A stretch of 64,000 nt of DNA, from assembly GCA_963713605.1 (NCBI GenBank), contig CAVQMO010000001.1, forward strand, positions 544,001-608,000. Reading direction: 5' to 3'. Shown here one piece after another: positions 45,208-56,905 of this stretch. The DNA is from an uncultured Nitrososphaerales archaeon (GTDB lineage: Archaea > Thermoproteota > Nitrososphaeria > Nitrososphaerales > Nitrososphaeraceae). Both the position numbers and the translations under genes were made by a program. How positions within the stretch are numbered: the first letter of the stretch is position 1; each line of letters starts with the position of its first letter. The notes under the pieces are model-generated. The model was not told the origin of the DNA. It saw nothing but the letters and a program-made list of their open reading frames with translations, and did no database searches.

Positions 45208-45595
45208 CAGTAATTGTCTATAACCTTCCAGTATCTAACTCTTCTCAATTAGATCCATGGTGATGAATATTATTCGATCGATGTGTTGGCTTTACTGAGT
45301 AGAATTGGAGCCGACACATGTAAGACTTTTTGAATCATACATATCCCTTGGGTTCTGCTTGATTGTTGTTTGGATGTTTGTAATTGAAACCGTAGTGCTC
45401 TTAAGTCGCTAGATCCGTACCAAAATCTTTTTTGTAGAAAAAGATGCCTTTGATCACCAGGGCTTGAATTTCACTTATGGTCGTGAACGGCAGACTAATT
45501 CTCGGAGCAGTGTCAGGTCGCTAGATGAAGATTGATTGACCGTACAGTTCGAACCGTATTAAATAAAAGTAATAAAAACATAATCCTTCTATCGG

Positions 45596-46024
45596 TTAAT
45601 GTTTGTGCTCATGTGAAGCACCTCTGCCCGTGAGCGTTCCAGTATAGTCTCCCGTAATTTCCAACACATTCTCATCATTACTTATCTCTTTCAGTTTTTC
45701 TAAGTTCAATCGTTGATTTGTGACATAGTGAGTGCCTTTATCGTAGATAGATGGAACCATTCCCGTGCTCTGGAATATCTTATCTTTCATTAAATCGGAA
45801 TCCGTCCCGTCTTTTGTAAAGATTTCAACCATGTAGAATGGGGTATGCTCTGATTTTTCTTGCTCGCGAACAAGCAAATCATGGATAAGAAGTGGGTCTA
45901 CCTTAGGTAAATATGTTTCATATAGCGTTTGCAACCCGCGAAAAACGGACCTTATTTCTCTCAATTCAAATGATGACAAATTCTCAATATGATTATAGAA
46001 TAACTTATTCTTATAATTTCTCAA
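45596..46024 (-). CDS. Conserved-looking hypothetical protein
   Basis: 142-aa ORF, start uncertain. Confidence 0.55.
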   Translation of the reverse strand: MRNYKNKLFYNHIENLSSFELREIRSVFRGLQTLYETYLPKVDPLLIHDLLVREQEKSEHTPFYMVEIFTKDGTDSDLMKDKIFQSTGMVPSIYDKGTHYVTNQRLNLEKLKEISNDENVLEITGDYTGTLTGRGASHEHKH

Positions 46025-46327
46025 TTTCTGCTGCCCTAACTCCAGAACCAGGAGTGGGAATTCCTTCCCATATTCTAATCAATTCTGTCAGGTAAGATTT
46101 GAGCAAACCATTACTCAACGTCTGATTTCAGATTCATGCTGAATAACTTACTGAGAATATGCATAAATAATCCATAGTCCCCCTTTTTAACGTTTAATAT
46201 TCCCTACAAACTAGGATTAGTTAAGCTCAGAAGTTACATTATAAGAGGACGAAATAATAATGAGATGTAGTAAAAGTGGCTACTATCTGGTTGAATAATA
46301 CAGAGCATCAATAACAGCCAGCAATCT

Positions 46328-46579
46328 TCATTTCTGTGACCTTCTAACAAATCTCGTCAACAAACCAATTGAACACATAATGATCCCTATCACAGCGACT
46401 GCATAGCCATATGTAGTCCAGTCCGCGTTATCGTACATGAAAGAAGAAGAAGGACCCACAAGACTGCTACTCTGAGCGATGAAGACAAGCCCCAATCCAA
46501 TGATGATACCTCCTATTAGTATTATCGAGATAGGTAGGTTCTTAAGATTCGGAAGCAATGCGGTTATGAGACTATCCAT
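46328..46579 (-). CDS. Small two-TM membrane protein
   Basis: TM-Q..GPSSSFMY...W-TM pattern. Confidence 0.6.
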   Translation of the reverse strand: MDSLITALLPNLKNLPISIILIGGIIIGLGLVFIAQSSSLVGPSSSFMYDNADWTTYGYAVAVIGIIMCSIGLLTRFVRRSQK

Positions 46580-46753
46580 CGTCCAATTTATTTCTTCGAA
46601 TGCTCTACCAAATGGATCTATTTCGGGTTATTGATGAGGATAATCGCAAGACCGGACAGACTTCAAGAACGACCCATAGCTATCTAATCTTGGTACGGAA
46701 CGAAAATATTTTGAGTTCGTTGAGCTGCGATTCCAAATGGGAATGAATAAAAG

Positions 46754-47155
46754 ATGACTGGCATTAAAATTCAAATTATGTCGCATCTTGAACCTAACGA
46801 TAGGGTCGTCATTGCCGAGATTAGTTTAGTCTCCCTCGCAAAAGGCAAAACAAGCATGAGCGATGAGATTACTATTGCCTTTATGGCTATTAAGAGGACA
46901 AAAGGTTTGAAGGTTACTCTTACTGGAATGGGAACACTTGTAGAGTCACCAAATTTGAAGACAATTTTAAAGGCTGTCGAAGCTGCTCACGAAGCAGTAA
47001 AAAAAGTCGGCGTATCTCGAATCATCTCTACAATACGCATAGATCAAAGACTAGACAAAATGCATACTTTGGAAGATAGAGTCCAAATCGTGACGAGAAA
47101 ACTAGATGAGCATAAATTTTCATCCCATAATAAAAAAAACCACAAGAATCTTTAA
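46754..47155 (+). CDS. MTH1187/YkoF thiamine-binding family protein
   Basis: IAEISLV..TSMS, TGMGTLVE, RIISTIRIDQR. Confidence 0.8.
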   Translation: MTGIKIQIMSHLEPNDRVVIAEISLVSLAKGKTSMSDEITIAFMAIKRTKGLKVTLTGMGTLVESPNLKTILKAVEAAHEAVKKVGVSRIISTIRIDQRLDKMHTLEDRVQIVTRKLDEHKFSSHNKKNHKNL

Positions 47156-47280
47156 ATTGAAAAACTTATACGGGAATCTACTTTCAGACCTCGAATGGCT
47201 ATGATAAAGAGAATTAAACTTTTGCCCCCGTTTGAATGGAACATCCTATATGGAAGTAATTTGTATCTGGATAGCAGACT

Positions 47281-47889
47281 CTATTCATTTGTTAGTATGC
47301 TTTCTATATTTTCAACAAATAACTGGCTTGAATAGCTATCGCTAATCCCTTCTCTTCTAGCGTAGTGTTTAGCCCTTAGCATAAAAAGTTGATATTCCCT
47401 CTCTAATCTCTGTTTCACTCGTGTAAATTGGATTCTACTTTCGTGAATTTTTGAAGCTTGAAGGTAGGCGAATGATGTTAATATCACTATTGCTGCGACG
47501 GCAGATGCAAGAGTTATGAGCGGGTTGTTGACATTCTGGTTGGTTAAACCTAAAGCTAGCGCGTTTAGAATTGATACAAACAAAGCAGATGATATTATTA
47601 CCATTTTCCAGACGTTGAATTTCATTGAATTTGATCTGGCTTTATTTTGATACCAGTACAACGTTGGTATGAACCGCCTTTCTATATATTCTGAAAGAGT
47701 TGGTGATAATGAAATAGTACCATCATTCATAGTTGAGCTTTCATAATACTGAAAAGTTTCAGTCCCATTAGTTTGAGAACCTTGTGATATTTTTTCTTGA
47801 GCTTGATTGCTTCTCTCTTGCCGCTTTCTCAAATCAACTGCGATCTCTAACGGTATTTTCAGGTATTCCGCGACAAAATTGAGTCCCAT
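47281..47889 (-). CDS. DUF4231/SLATT-like two-TM protein
   Basis: YIERRF..WYQNKA + 2 TM + LEREYQLF..LFVENIESIL. Confidence 0.7.
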   Translation of the reverse strand: MGLNFVAEYLKIPLEIAVDLRKRQERSNQAQEKISQGSQTNGTETFQYYESSTMNDGTISLSPTLSEYIERRFIPTLYWYQNKARSNSMKFNVWKMVIISSALFVSILNALALGLTNQNVNNPLITLASAVAAIVILTSFAYLQASKIHESRIQFTRVKQRLEREYQLFMLRAKHYARREGISDSYSSQLFVENIESILTNE

Positions 47890-48540
47890 ATTTTTACTAT
47901 TTCTTCCCTTCTCTTTGCTTTTAACATCTGTTTGTTAATTAAAATCTTCAAAGTGCACAACAATAATTACTATGCTCTATCGTATTACTGAAACAATGTT
48001 TAGTTTTGTGATTTTTTGAAGCAAGAGAGTGGACCGAACCTGAATAGTAATGCCAGCTGCCCTACTTTGCTAATAATACGTTAAACAAGATATAGAACGC
48101 TCTGCTCGATAAGTAACTCTAAAACCTATACATAACAATCGAAGGAGACTAATCAGTATATTGGAAGAGTTGTAAATGTGTTAAGATATGGTAACTGATG
48201 GTTTTTGTCAACTAGGTTGATGCCGATTATATTTACGGCGGATATTCAAGGCAACTTCTAAAATTTTCCTCACCTTGAAATATACAAGCGCTATCGGAGA
48301 AAGGTTAATCACCGCAACCACTCCTATTTTTATGAGTAAACGGGTTCGAGTCGAGATTTAGAAATTCTGGTTTTATGTTCGACCTTCTCTATAAAAATAT
48401 TGAATCTCCTTGCATTTACGAAGTAACCAAACTTGTCCAAAGGATCTGAGTCTGCACAGAATAATTTGACAAATGATCCGATCTTTTTAGTCTTAAAAGG
48501 GTATATAGGAAGATGCTATTGTTCAAGAACACAATATTCT

Positions 48541-48906
48541 ATGGCCGAATACGAGGACGAGACCTTGGAGTCACAACCCTTGCGAGACGAAAACCATTTC
48601 CTAAACAAAATAAATTTACTTGAGGTTGAAAGAAACTCTCATGGGTCTGAGTTAAATGTGAGTTGGGAGACGATATCCGAGCTAGGAATTCTCGCTAAGA
48701 CAAGCGATGGCATGGCATGCGGGAATGTCATCTGTACATACAAAGACAACATAGTAGTCATAGATTTCGGAAGCTTTAGATTGCATAATGAGTACATCAT
48801 TCCAATATCGAGAATAAAAGGGTATGATGGAAAGTACATCTACCTCAGCGTCCCTAATGAAACAAACCTACGGTCCCTATGTGTATTAGTGGGACAATTA
48901 CTTTAA
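48541..48906 (+). CDS. Hypothetical protein (PRC-barrel-like)
   Basis: AKTSDGMACGNV..EYIIPISRIKGYDG. Confidence 0.5.
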   Translation: MAEYEDETLESQPLRDENHFLNKINLLEVERNSHGSELNVSWETISELGILAKTSDGMACGNVICTYKDNIVVIDFGSFRLHNEYIIPISRIKGYDGKYIYLSVPNETNLRSLCVLVGQLL

Positions 48907-49107
48907 AAAAAGACCATTTCTCATAGGAGGAGGCACAAAATAGGCTCGGCAAAAGTCTGATTATTTAGCCAAGTTTAAGCGATTTGAATCAAGAGGTTCA
49001 AAGTAGCCCTTTTTCGAGAGATCTATTGCAAAGTACAACACACGCTTACTTTGACAACTGACAAATGGTTAAATTTCAACCATAGAATATAGCTTTGTGA
49101 AGCTGCA

Positions 49108-49956
49108 ATGAAATCTAATCGTAATAAATTCGGAGGGAAAATAGTCCTCATCACAGGCGCTTCGGATGGCATCGGTAAACAGACAGCATTAGATTTTGGA
49201 TCGGCAGGAGCGATGGTAATAATTCTCGTCGCGAGAACTGAATCAAAGCTCGCTGAAGTGGAAAGCATTATCAGGGGGGGCAAACTGGTAAGGCAAGCCA
49301 GTGTTATTTCTTATATCTGCGATGTGTCAAACAAAAAGGAAGTATCAAAGCTGGCTCAAAAAGTCATTGATAGGTTCGGTTATATTGATATTTTAGTAAA
49401 CAACGCAGGAATCGGAATCTATGGCAAGTTAGAATATCAGACTACAGAAGATTTAGAATTGGTCATGCGAACCAATTACCTGGGAACTGCATATTGTACC
49501 AAGACTTTTCTTGGCCCGATGCTAAATAGACGGTCTGGTCACATCGTAAATGTAGCTTCAGTAGCAGGAAGCTTTGGAGTTGCCGGAATGGCTGGTTATT
49601 CCGCTTCAAAGTACGCGATATTGGGATTTTCAGAGTCCTTGTATCATGAACTACATGGTACGGGGGTTAAAATCACGGTTGTGAGTCCAATCGGGGTAAA
49701 AACAAATTTTTTCAATCACCACTCATTTGGCCCAAAGAGGCCAAATTACGCAGGCTTGTTCCTGGAGCCCCAGGCCGTTTCAAAAGCAATCCTGAAAGCA
49801 TCTTGCTCAAGTCGCCTTGAGATAGTTGTTCCTTTTTATGTTCGTGCAGGTGTGTGGCTAAAGCAAACTTTTCCGTACCTGTTAAACCCTCTCGTCGGTT
49901 GGCTATTTAGGCGGCAATTGAACAAGTCAAAAAGAGCTATAAGCGACATGAATTAA
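49108..49956 (+). CDS. Short-chain dehydrogenase/reductase
   Basis: TGASDGIG, NNAG, S..G, YSASK. Confidence 0.93.
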   Translation: MKSNRNKFGGKIVLITGASDGIGKQTALDFGSAGAMVIILVARTESKLAEVESIIRGGKLVRQASVISYICDVSNKKEVSKLAQKVIDRFGYIDILVNNAGIGIYGKLEYQTTEDLELVMRTNYLGTAYCTKTFLGPMLNRRSGHIVNVASVAGSFGVAGMAGYSASKYAILGFSESLYHELHGTGVKITVVSPIGVKTNFFNHHSFGPKRPNYAGLFLEPQAVSKAILKASCSSRLEIVVPFYVRAGVWLKQTFPYLLNPLVGWLFRRQLNKSKRAISDMN

Positions 49957-50607
49957 TAAGGCGAGGGAACTTGCTGGCTCAGACCCCATGCTTTCCCGAA
50001 TTACTGTGCCTTAAGAAGTCAGAGTCAACGAACTTCCAAGAATGAACCAGACGATTTTAAGAGTTTTATGATGGAACTGTTAAGTACCAGCCACCATTCT
50101 TCTGAGTTGTAGTTCCAAAGTACTGGATAAATCTATTCCTTTTACTTGAGCCTTCCTCAGTAACTCAGAATCGATATTCACGGTAACTTCTATGATAGAC
50201 GTTTGAGAAACCACGGGTTCGGATTTCGAAGAGCGGTTGCTTTCAAGCCTACTATCTTCGCCAGCCTGTAATTGTTCAATCTCACCCGATCCTTTTTCCG
50301 CATTTTCAAGTTCTGCTTCTTTTCTGCGGTGAATGAGTGATCCATTTTTTCAATTTCATTCTCAGGCTGTACTTCTTTCTTAATCATGTTCTCAACATCG
50401 CTTACACTATTCTCTACATCCTTTTTCTTCTTCTTAAAAAAAGACCCAAATCCCACTTTTTATTCTCTACCTCTGTTCTTTCATAAAGAAATTCATCATA
50501 TTTAAGTAAATTGCAAAATTTAGGTATTTTTGAAAGATAAAATCATCTGAACTAGGAGATGTTTACAAGGTTATTATTCAAATTTGAAAAAGTTAAGGAC
50601 GCGAGAT

Positions 50608-50973
50608 TTATTTTACCTCTCTTCTTGCGTTATCAATTATTTTTGAATGATCGGCATCGACCTCTGTAGTTATATAAAGAATATGTTCTTCATCCAACGG
50701 CATCGTTATTCTTTTGATCTTCTCGTATTCAGCCAAAACGTATTTACCTTTACCTATCTTGGACTGAAGTGTGCTCCTGGTCTTCCAAGCGTTGACAGCC
50801 AATTCCAAGGATTTTTTACTTTCCTCTGGGGACAACAGGTTCTCTACTCCTTGTCGATGACCGGAGTGCATAATTCTTCCGTTCAGGTCACATATGGTGA
50901 CCAACCTAATTCTCGGATCAAGATTCATTATTCTTTCGTGAATAGATTTGTAATCCATTGTCCAATAATACAT
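50608..50973 (-). CDS. Thaumarchaeal roadblock/GAF-like small protein (DUF6659-like)
   Basis: IMNLDPRIRLVTICDLNG..GKGKYVLAEYEKIKRITMP. Confidence 0.7.
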   Translation of the reverse strand: MYYWTMDYKSIHERIMNLDPRIRLVTICDLNGRIMHSGHRQGVENLLSPEESKKSLELAVNAWKTRSTLQSKIGKGKYVLAEYEKIKRITMPLDEEHILYITTEVDADHSKIIDNARREVK

Positions 50974-51060
50974 AGGTGCTTCTAATAAGACTTGTTGAAT
51001 AGATGTATGATTGAATTTTATGTTAGGCCGAGAATACTCTTGTTGTTCGGATATTCTTCT

Positions 51061-51507
51061 CTATTCTGCTCCGAGCAACCCTAACAGATCGAATTCTTCT
51101 GCCTCTGATGTTGTGGATGCGGTTCTCTTAAGCTGAGCAATCGAGATTAAATGACCATCAGGATCTTCAACTATTGCATGCATGCCAAAAGGCTCTTCTC
51201 TGGGTTCCTTGAAGAACCGAACATTATTTTCTTTCAGAAATTGAACCGTAGAGTCAATATCGCTAACCATGAATCCTACCAGGGTTCCTGTCCCCAATTT
51301 CGTGTCCTTGCTGTCGACCTTGTTACTGCCTTTACCCTTTTTTAATGCATGTAAGGACAAGGTCGTTTCCCGATTAAAAAATTCAACCCAATCTGGAGAC
51401 TGAGTCTTAGTCTTAACTGGCAACCCGAGCACTTCTTTATAGAATTTCACTGATCTCTCCATATTCGACACCAGAAGTATCACAGTTCCAACTTTAGTAA
51501 AAAGCAT
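51061..51507 (-). CDS. VOC / glyoxalase family protein
   Basis: VSNMERSVKFYKEVLG, EPFG..EDPDGH. Confidence 0.88.
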   Translation of the reverse strand: MLFTKVGTVILLVSNMERSVKFYKEVLGLPVKTKTQSPDWVEFFNRETTLSLHALKKGKGSNKVDSKDTKLGTGTLVGFMVSDIDSTVQFLKENNVRFFKEPREEPFGMHAIVEDPDGHLISIAQLKRTASTTSEAEEFDLLGLLGAE

Positions 51508-52431
51508 TATCTATCTAAACCCCCTCATTTTCCCTTAATTCCAACTGAGTTATAATTTTATCCATTAGATTCGCATTAATTGCGAAGTTTTTGAAGCATA
51601 TTGTGAACCCCTCTGTTAACGAACTCTGAAATAGCGAATTGTGACATAAAAACACTGACTATTATTATCGACAATTGGGGAAAACCTGTGGTCCAAGGGG
51701 GATAAACCCATTCTGCAACCCTTATGTCCACCCAATAATTCACATGAAATTAGGAATTAGGTATTATTGTAGATATAACAGTATCATTACAGAGTTCCTT
51801 CATTGCAGTAGGTCAACTGAAATCACGATTGATCATTTCGTGTATGCTTATATGGGTATTCATTGAGTGTCGCAAAAAGGACTATCATATCCTCATATGA
51901 ACTAGAAACTCTCGGAGCAAAATATTTTCTTCCTCGCGACCAAGGCCTATTCTTCGTTCCTTCTCGTAATTTCGTTTTATATTTCAAACTGGCACCTCTT
52001 CTGTCCAGTCGCATATCCTATGGTTTTTTGTGCCTTGTACCTAGTGCATATTCCCATACAAGCCAAATATTATCTGGCCTTCCAGTCTATGATTGACAAT
52101 CCGACAATATAACCTCTAATGGCATTTCTATGCGCATTAGCAAATTGTGATGTACTTCCGATTCTTGCATATTGTGTGAGCTCTTTTTCGAACCTGTATG
52201 GTATATTCAATATCTGCCGACGTACCGATGTGAAAAGGCGAACATTGCTTCCTTACAATGGGGTTCACCTATTCGTCAAAGATGTTCATTTGATATTGAT
52301 AATGACTCCGAATCAATTGCGATTTGTGTCTTGTCAAAACAGTTGCCACGATTTGGTGTGAAACTTTTTTGGACGAGAAGTGCATGCAGAATGATCGTCT
52401 TGTTTATAATAATATTCCGGAAATACGGGAA

Positions 52432-53877
52432 CGAATGCGTTATTTCCATTATCGCCTTGGACAGATAGCAATGCTTTTTGCTCTCTTTTTCATCAGTTCC
52501 TATATTACTGACCTTAATCTAGGTATTGCTCAGAATAACCAAAATCATAATTTCCCATATCAGACGCCTCTCTTCTCTTCTCTCGACGAGAAAGAGGTAG
52601 TCGAAGCCAGTCCAAAGAGTGACGGGGTAGCCAGGATACTTCAGAACGCCACCATATCGCAAGGATCTTCTTCAGTTTCTGATGTAGAGGAGGTGTTAGA
52701 TGAACTTGCTGCTACTACTGGTAACTCCAGCCGGACAGTTAATGGCACTCAAGATGGTAAGCGTTATGATCGCACAGTCAGTTCTGATTCTTTTATGCTT
52801 GATAATGCCCTGTTCAAGCATTACCGAGAAGATGTAAATGGCATTACAATGCATTATGTAATGGGCGGGAAGGGAGAGGCAATTGTGTTATTGCATGGTT
52901 GGCCCCAAACATGGTACGAATGGAGAGATGTGATGCCGCTTCTAGCGAAGAACAACTATACTGTAATAGTGCCCGATTTGAGAGGCTTGGGAGACACTTC
53001 CAAACCCGCAGCTGGTTACGATGGAAATACGACGGCCTCTGACATTTATCAGCTGGTCTCTGGTTTGGGTTTTAATACCACCTATATAGTAGGTCATGAC
53101 ATAGGGGCTCAAACAGCGTATTCTTATGCTACAGCTCATCCAAACAATGTTAGCAAACTTGTTGTGATAGATCATGTATTTCCCGGTCTACTTTCAAATG
53201 AATCGTTTGTTGAACCTTGGTGGTTTTCATTTCATAGAGCATTGGACTTGCCCGAGGCTCTTGTTGCTGGTCACGAAGGTGAGTATTTATCATGGTTCTA
53301 TCGACAGCTTGCGCACAATCCATACTCTATCGACGAGGAGGCCATCGGCGAATATGTAAGGCAATATTCAGCTCCAGGAGGAATGCGTTCAGGATTCGAA
53401 TATTTCAGGGCGTCTCCAATTAATGCAATGACGAATAATGAAACATCAAGATCTAATCTCCCCACACCAATTTTAGCAGTATCTGGGGAAGTTTCACCTT
53501 TTGGGGGAGGCGACACCAAACCGAATTATGGTTTAGAATCAGCAAGACGGTTAGCAAACAACGTCTCTGCAATAATAATGCCTTCCTCTGGCCATTGGAT
53601 TCCTGAAGAGCAGCCCGGTCCCTTGGCAGACCTCCTAATCAAGTTTTTCAACGAAAAGTCTCAACCCCCTTTGTCCAACGAAACCGGAACAAAAACGGCC
53701 AATGCGATTGAAGCTCTAATTAAGACAATTGATAATGATAGCTTGCTTGAGTCTAACATTTCCCAGATGACTAATCTTAGCACTACTGCATCTCCAGATC
53801 AAACCACGCAAGTCCCTTCATCTAATCTTTCGACTGGCCCAGATACAGGGTCCTGGCAGGAACGAAACCATAAGTAA
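52432..53877 (+). CDS. Secreted alpha/beta hydrolase (epoxide hydrolase/dehalogenase-like); start uncertain
   Basis: LLHGWPQTW, PDLRGLG, GHDIG, SGHWIPEE. Confidence 0.88.
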   Translation, partial: RMRYFHYRLGQIAMLFALFFISSYITDLNLGIAQNNQNHNFPYQTPLFSSLDEKEVVEASPKSDGVARILQNATISQGSSSVSDVEEVLDELAATTGNSSRTVNGTQDGKRYDRTVSSDSFMLDNALFKHYREDVNGITMHYVMGGKGEAIVLLHGWPQTWYEWRDVMPLLAKNNYTVIVPDLRGLGDTSKPAAGYDGNTTASDIYQLVSGLGFNTTYIVGHDIGAQTAYSYATAHPNNVSKLVVIDHVFPGLLSNESFVEPWWFSFHRALDLPEALVAGHEGEYLSWFYRQLAHNPYSIDEEAIGEYVRQYSAPGGMRSGFEYFRASPINAMTNNETSRSNLPTPILAVSGEVSPFGGGDTKPNYGLESARRLANNVSAIIMPSSGHWIPEEQPGPLADLLIKFFNEKSQPPLSNETGTKTANAIEALIKTIDNDSLLESNISQMTNLSTTASPDQTTQVPSSNLSTGPDTGSWQERNHK

Positions 53878-54238
53878 TGTGTCCATTTCTAGCAACATGC
53901 CAGGCGAGAAACAAGATGACGAACAGTTGGCAGATCAAGTGACAATTCCTGGAAATAGATCATCTATCGAGTCAGCTAGAAATATGGATGGGCAGCTCCC
54001 TCCAAATCAATCTGGAGCGAAAGAGGAGCCATTGGCCGACCAAGGAACCCCCCTATCAGAAGCAATTGAGGCAATTTCCAAATTATTTGGAAGAAACAAC
54101 AGCGGCTGACAGCTGACAGAAATCTCACTAGTTTTTCCTAAATTCTGAAGTAACATCTAATTCATTTTTATTTAGCTCTTCGATTGTGTTGGATTACTGT
54201 ATATTTTTATGCGATAGTAAGTTAAGGGATCTGTTAGC

Positions 54239-54445
54239 GTGGGCAATCGAAAAAAACTTTCAAAAATCACAGGCAGGGTACCCGACGCGTGGTTAAGATG
54301 CAATTTGTGTTTTGGAACAGGTTACATCTTCTCGACCTCAAGGGTAGGCATCAAGGATAACACGAGTGGAACTGTTGCGACGATGACGAATGACAGATGT
54401 GAAACCTGCCTGGGAAGTGGATTTATTCAATATCTAGATGATTAG
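54239..54445 (+). CDS. Small DnaJ-type CxxCxGxG Zn-finger protein
   Basis: CNLCFGTG..CETCLGSG. Confidence 0.65.
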   Translation: MGNRKKLSKITGRVPDAWLRCNLCFGTGYIFSTSRVGIKDNTSGTVATMTNDRCETCLGSGFIQYLDD

Positions 54446-54664
54446 ATCCAGGTGTGTAATTCTTATTTTTAAAATGTTTAATGTAACTTCAACTGTTGAC
54501 ACCTCACAATTTAGTTTAGTCATACCTACAAGTAGGTAATTAATTCGATTAGGATTTTTTCCGTGGTAATTCGTTAACTTATTCTATTTGCTTGTGTACA
54601 GAGGGTCCTATTAGACGTGTTTCAGGAAGAAACACGTAATTATTCCACGTGCAAATTCCTGTGC

Positions 54665-54865
54665 ATGTCAAAGGATTGTCCAAAATGCCAAGGAAAGTTT
54701 GAAGAAGAAACCCAAGCCATTCCAAAAAAGGTACCGTTACCGATCCCATTAAAGCCGACCATGTCGATAGAAAGGTACCTTCCAAGCATTATGAAGAAGT
54801 ACAGTAACTACACTCTTTGTATCTGTTCAGTGTGCGGCTATATGGAAGTCTTTTTTAAGCGTTAG
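54665..54865 (+). CDS. Small Zn-ribbon protein
   Basis: CPKC..CSVCGYME. Confidence 0.6.
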   Translation: MSKDCPKCQGKFEEETQAIPKKVPLPIPLKPTMSIERYLPSIMKKYSNYTLCICSVCGYMEVFFKR

Positions 54866-55014
54866 CCTAGCTCTTGAGCATTGCTTGTTTCAAGGGGGTT
54901 TTTATCTCATTGAACAATAAGGAAAATGCACAAACAAGATTCAGTTCACCTTCTTAACAAATATTCTTGATGCATGGTAAAATTAAGTGTGCATGTAACA
55001 GAACTCTAGTCGGA

Positions 55015-55713
55015 ATGTCTTTCTTTGATAGATGGAGTGGACCAGAAAAGAAAAAGAGCAAGGCTTCAGGTGACCTTAAGAATAAGATCAGGGATAGCTT
55101 GAGATCTGCAGAGCCTCTAAAACCTCGACTAGAGCAAGCACACCGAAAGCTCCAGATACAAATCTCTAAAATGGATGCCTTTTCTGGGCGACTAAAGCAA
55201 CGTGACAAACAGATCTTCACCAATGTTGTAGAAGCTGTACAGAGCCATGAAACAAATTATGCAAAATCACTTTCAAACGAACTCTCTCAAATACGCAAGA
55301 TAAACAAAGTAGTCAAATCTACCATGCTGACAACAGAACAAGTAAGACTGAGACTTGAAACAGTTACTGAGTTAGGAGATGTGGCATCAACACTAACACC
55401 TACCACGTCTGTAATTAAAGATTTAAAAGGCGGTCTTTCTTCAGTCATTCCTACCGCAGACCATTCGCTTTCGCAAATTTCTGAATCCCTGGGAGATATA
55501 CTAAACAGTACATATTCCGATTCATCATTGCAAGGCAACGGGATAGCTAGTCTAGATTCGATAGGAACGGATGGTGCTGAAATTACGAAAATCATGGAAG
55601 AGGCCTCAGCTGTAGTGGAAGTGAACATGGAAGACAAATTACCAAATCTTGCACCATCTAAGACCAGACACAAAGGCACATCAGAGGATACTGGAGAGAT
55701 ATTTCCATTCTAG
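55015..55713 (+). CDS. cdvB: ESCRT-III / Snf7 family cell-division protein (CdvB paralogue)
   Basis: PLKPRLE..LQIQISKMD..RD..IF..ELSQIRK..EQVRLRLETVTELGD..IMEEASAV. Confidence 0.85.
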   Translation: MSFFDRWSGPEKKKSKASGDLKNKIRDSLRSAEPLKPRLEQAHRKLQIQISKMDAFSGRLKQRDKQIFTNVVEAVQSHETNYAKSLSNELSQIRKINKVVKSTMLTTEQVRLRLETVTELGDVASTLTPTTSVIKDLKGGLSSVIPTADHSLSQISESLGDILNSTYSDSSLQGNGIASLDSIGTDGAEITKIMEEASAVVEVNMEDKLPNLAPSKTRHKGTSEDTGEIFPF

Positions 55714-55895
55714 TAACGTCATGATTTTCGCGCATACGGCACAATTCGTGCTGACGGTCAGTACAAGACTACTATTCAACCCTATTCTATAGCCAGTTTG
55801 AATTGCTTTCTTGATGCATCAAAGGTCCAATACACTTATGGGCTCACAATTGCTACATTTGAATGGGACGGGGGGGGCAATCAAAATCGACGGTA

Positions 55896-56702
55896 TTAAT
55901 CTGTCACTCCTTTACACATCCCGGACGGTAGGCTAAGCTCACAGAAATTACCTACGTATGTATTATTTGTCATATCTTTGGACAAGCCATTGGCATGGTT
56001 AATATCGATTATATTGCGCAAGAAATTATATGAGATGCCATTTGACATGCTAGAAGGATCGGTAAAGATGCCGTTTTGGCTTCCATTTATGTAGTTTAAC
56101 TTGATGGATGACTCTCCTGTATTGATAAGAGAAACTCCGGCCAGCGAATTATTATAAAAATAGTTTTCGTTGGACAGAATGCCACTGCTGGAATGCGCTG
56201 CAATTCCTAATTCGTTGTTCTTCAACATGTTATATTCAAGGACTGAATTAGAGGAACCAGTCAAGTACACGCCTATTCGATTCTTGTCAAGAAAGATCGA
56301 GGATATATTTAGCGTGTCCGAACCTGTTCCGAAGATGGCTGATTGGAAGTCAACTATACGCCCTGGGCCATAAACTGTTACGTTATCAAGATCTGGTACA
56401 ATTATTCCAGATTTTGTACTTTGGCTCCCAGGACCAATTATGGAATATCCGTTGAGTACAATCGATATGTCTGAAGCATTAACTATAAGTCCATGATCAT
56501 TACAAATAAGGTTCGCTGAAAGCTTAGTAGATTCATTAATTACACTTCCGCAGCTTGCACTTAATACTCCATATGCTGAGATAAAATCAATAATTTGTGC
56601 TTCTATCATGACAATTGCAATACAATTACTAAGAGTGAGCGCAAATAGAGTAACAGATAGCAAGTTCAAGTTGGGTTCCCACTCGTAACATCGACGTTGC
56701 AA
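55896..56702 (-). CDS. Secreted right-handed beta-helix (NosD-like) protein
   Basis: Repeated N..GI/GV.L...S..N units. Confidence 0.8.
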   Translation of the reverse strand: MQRRCYEWEPNLNLLSVTLFALTLSNCIAIVMIEAQIIDFISAYGVLSASCGSVINESTKLSANLICNDHGLIVNASDISIVLNGYSIIGPGSQSTKSGIIVPDLDNVTVYGPGRIVDFQSAIFGTGSDTLNISSIFLDKNRIGVYLTGSSNSVLEYNMLKNNELGIAAHSSSGILSNENYFYNNSLAGVSLINTGESSIKLNYINGSQNGIFTDPSSMSNGISYNFLRNIIDINHANGLSKDMTNNTYVGNFCELSLPSGMCKGVTD

Positions 56703-56905
56703 CTATTATCTCCTCCTCATGTGGGCTGTCTAATTACATATTTCATTGAGTATTTATTCATATAATTCAAATTATACTTCGCCTGTTCTTTCAGAGTCAT
56801 CGCCATTCATGTCTTAATAGTGGCTTATCCAGGAAATCATACTGGCATTCAGGCACGATAGGTGGGCTAATCTAAGAAAGAATAGATCGGATATAAAAGA
56901 AATTC

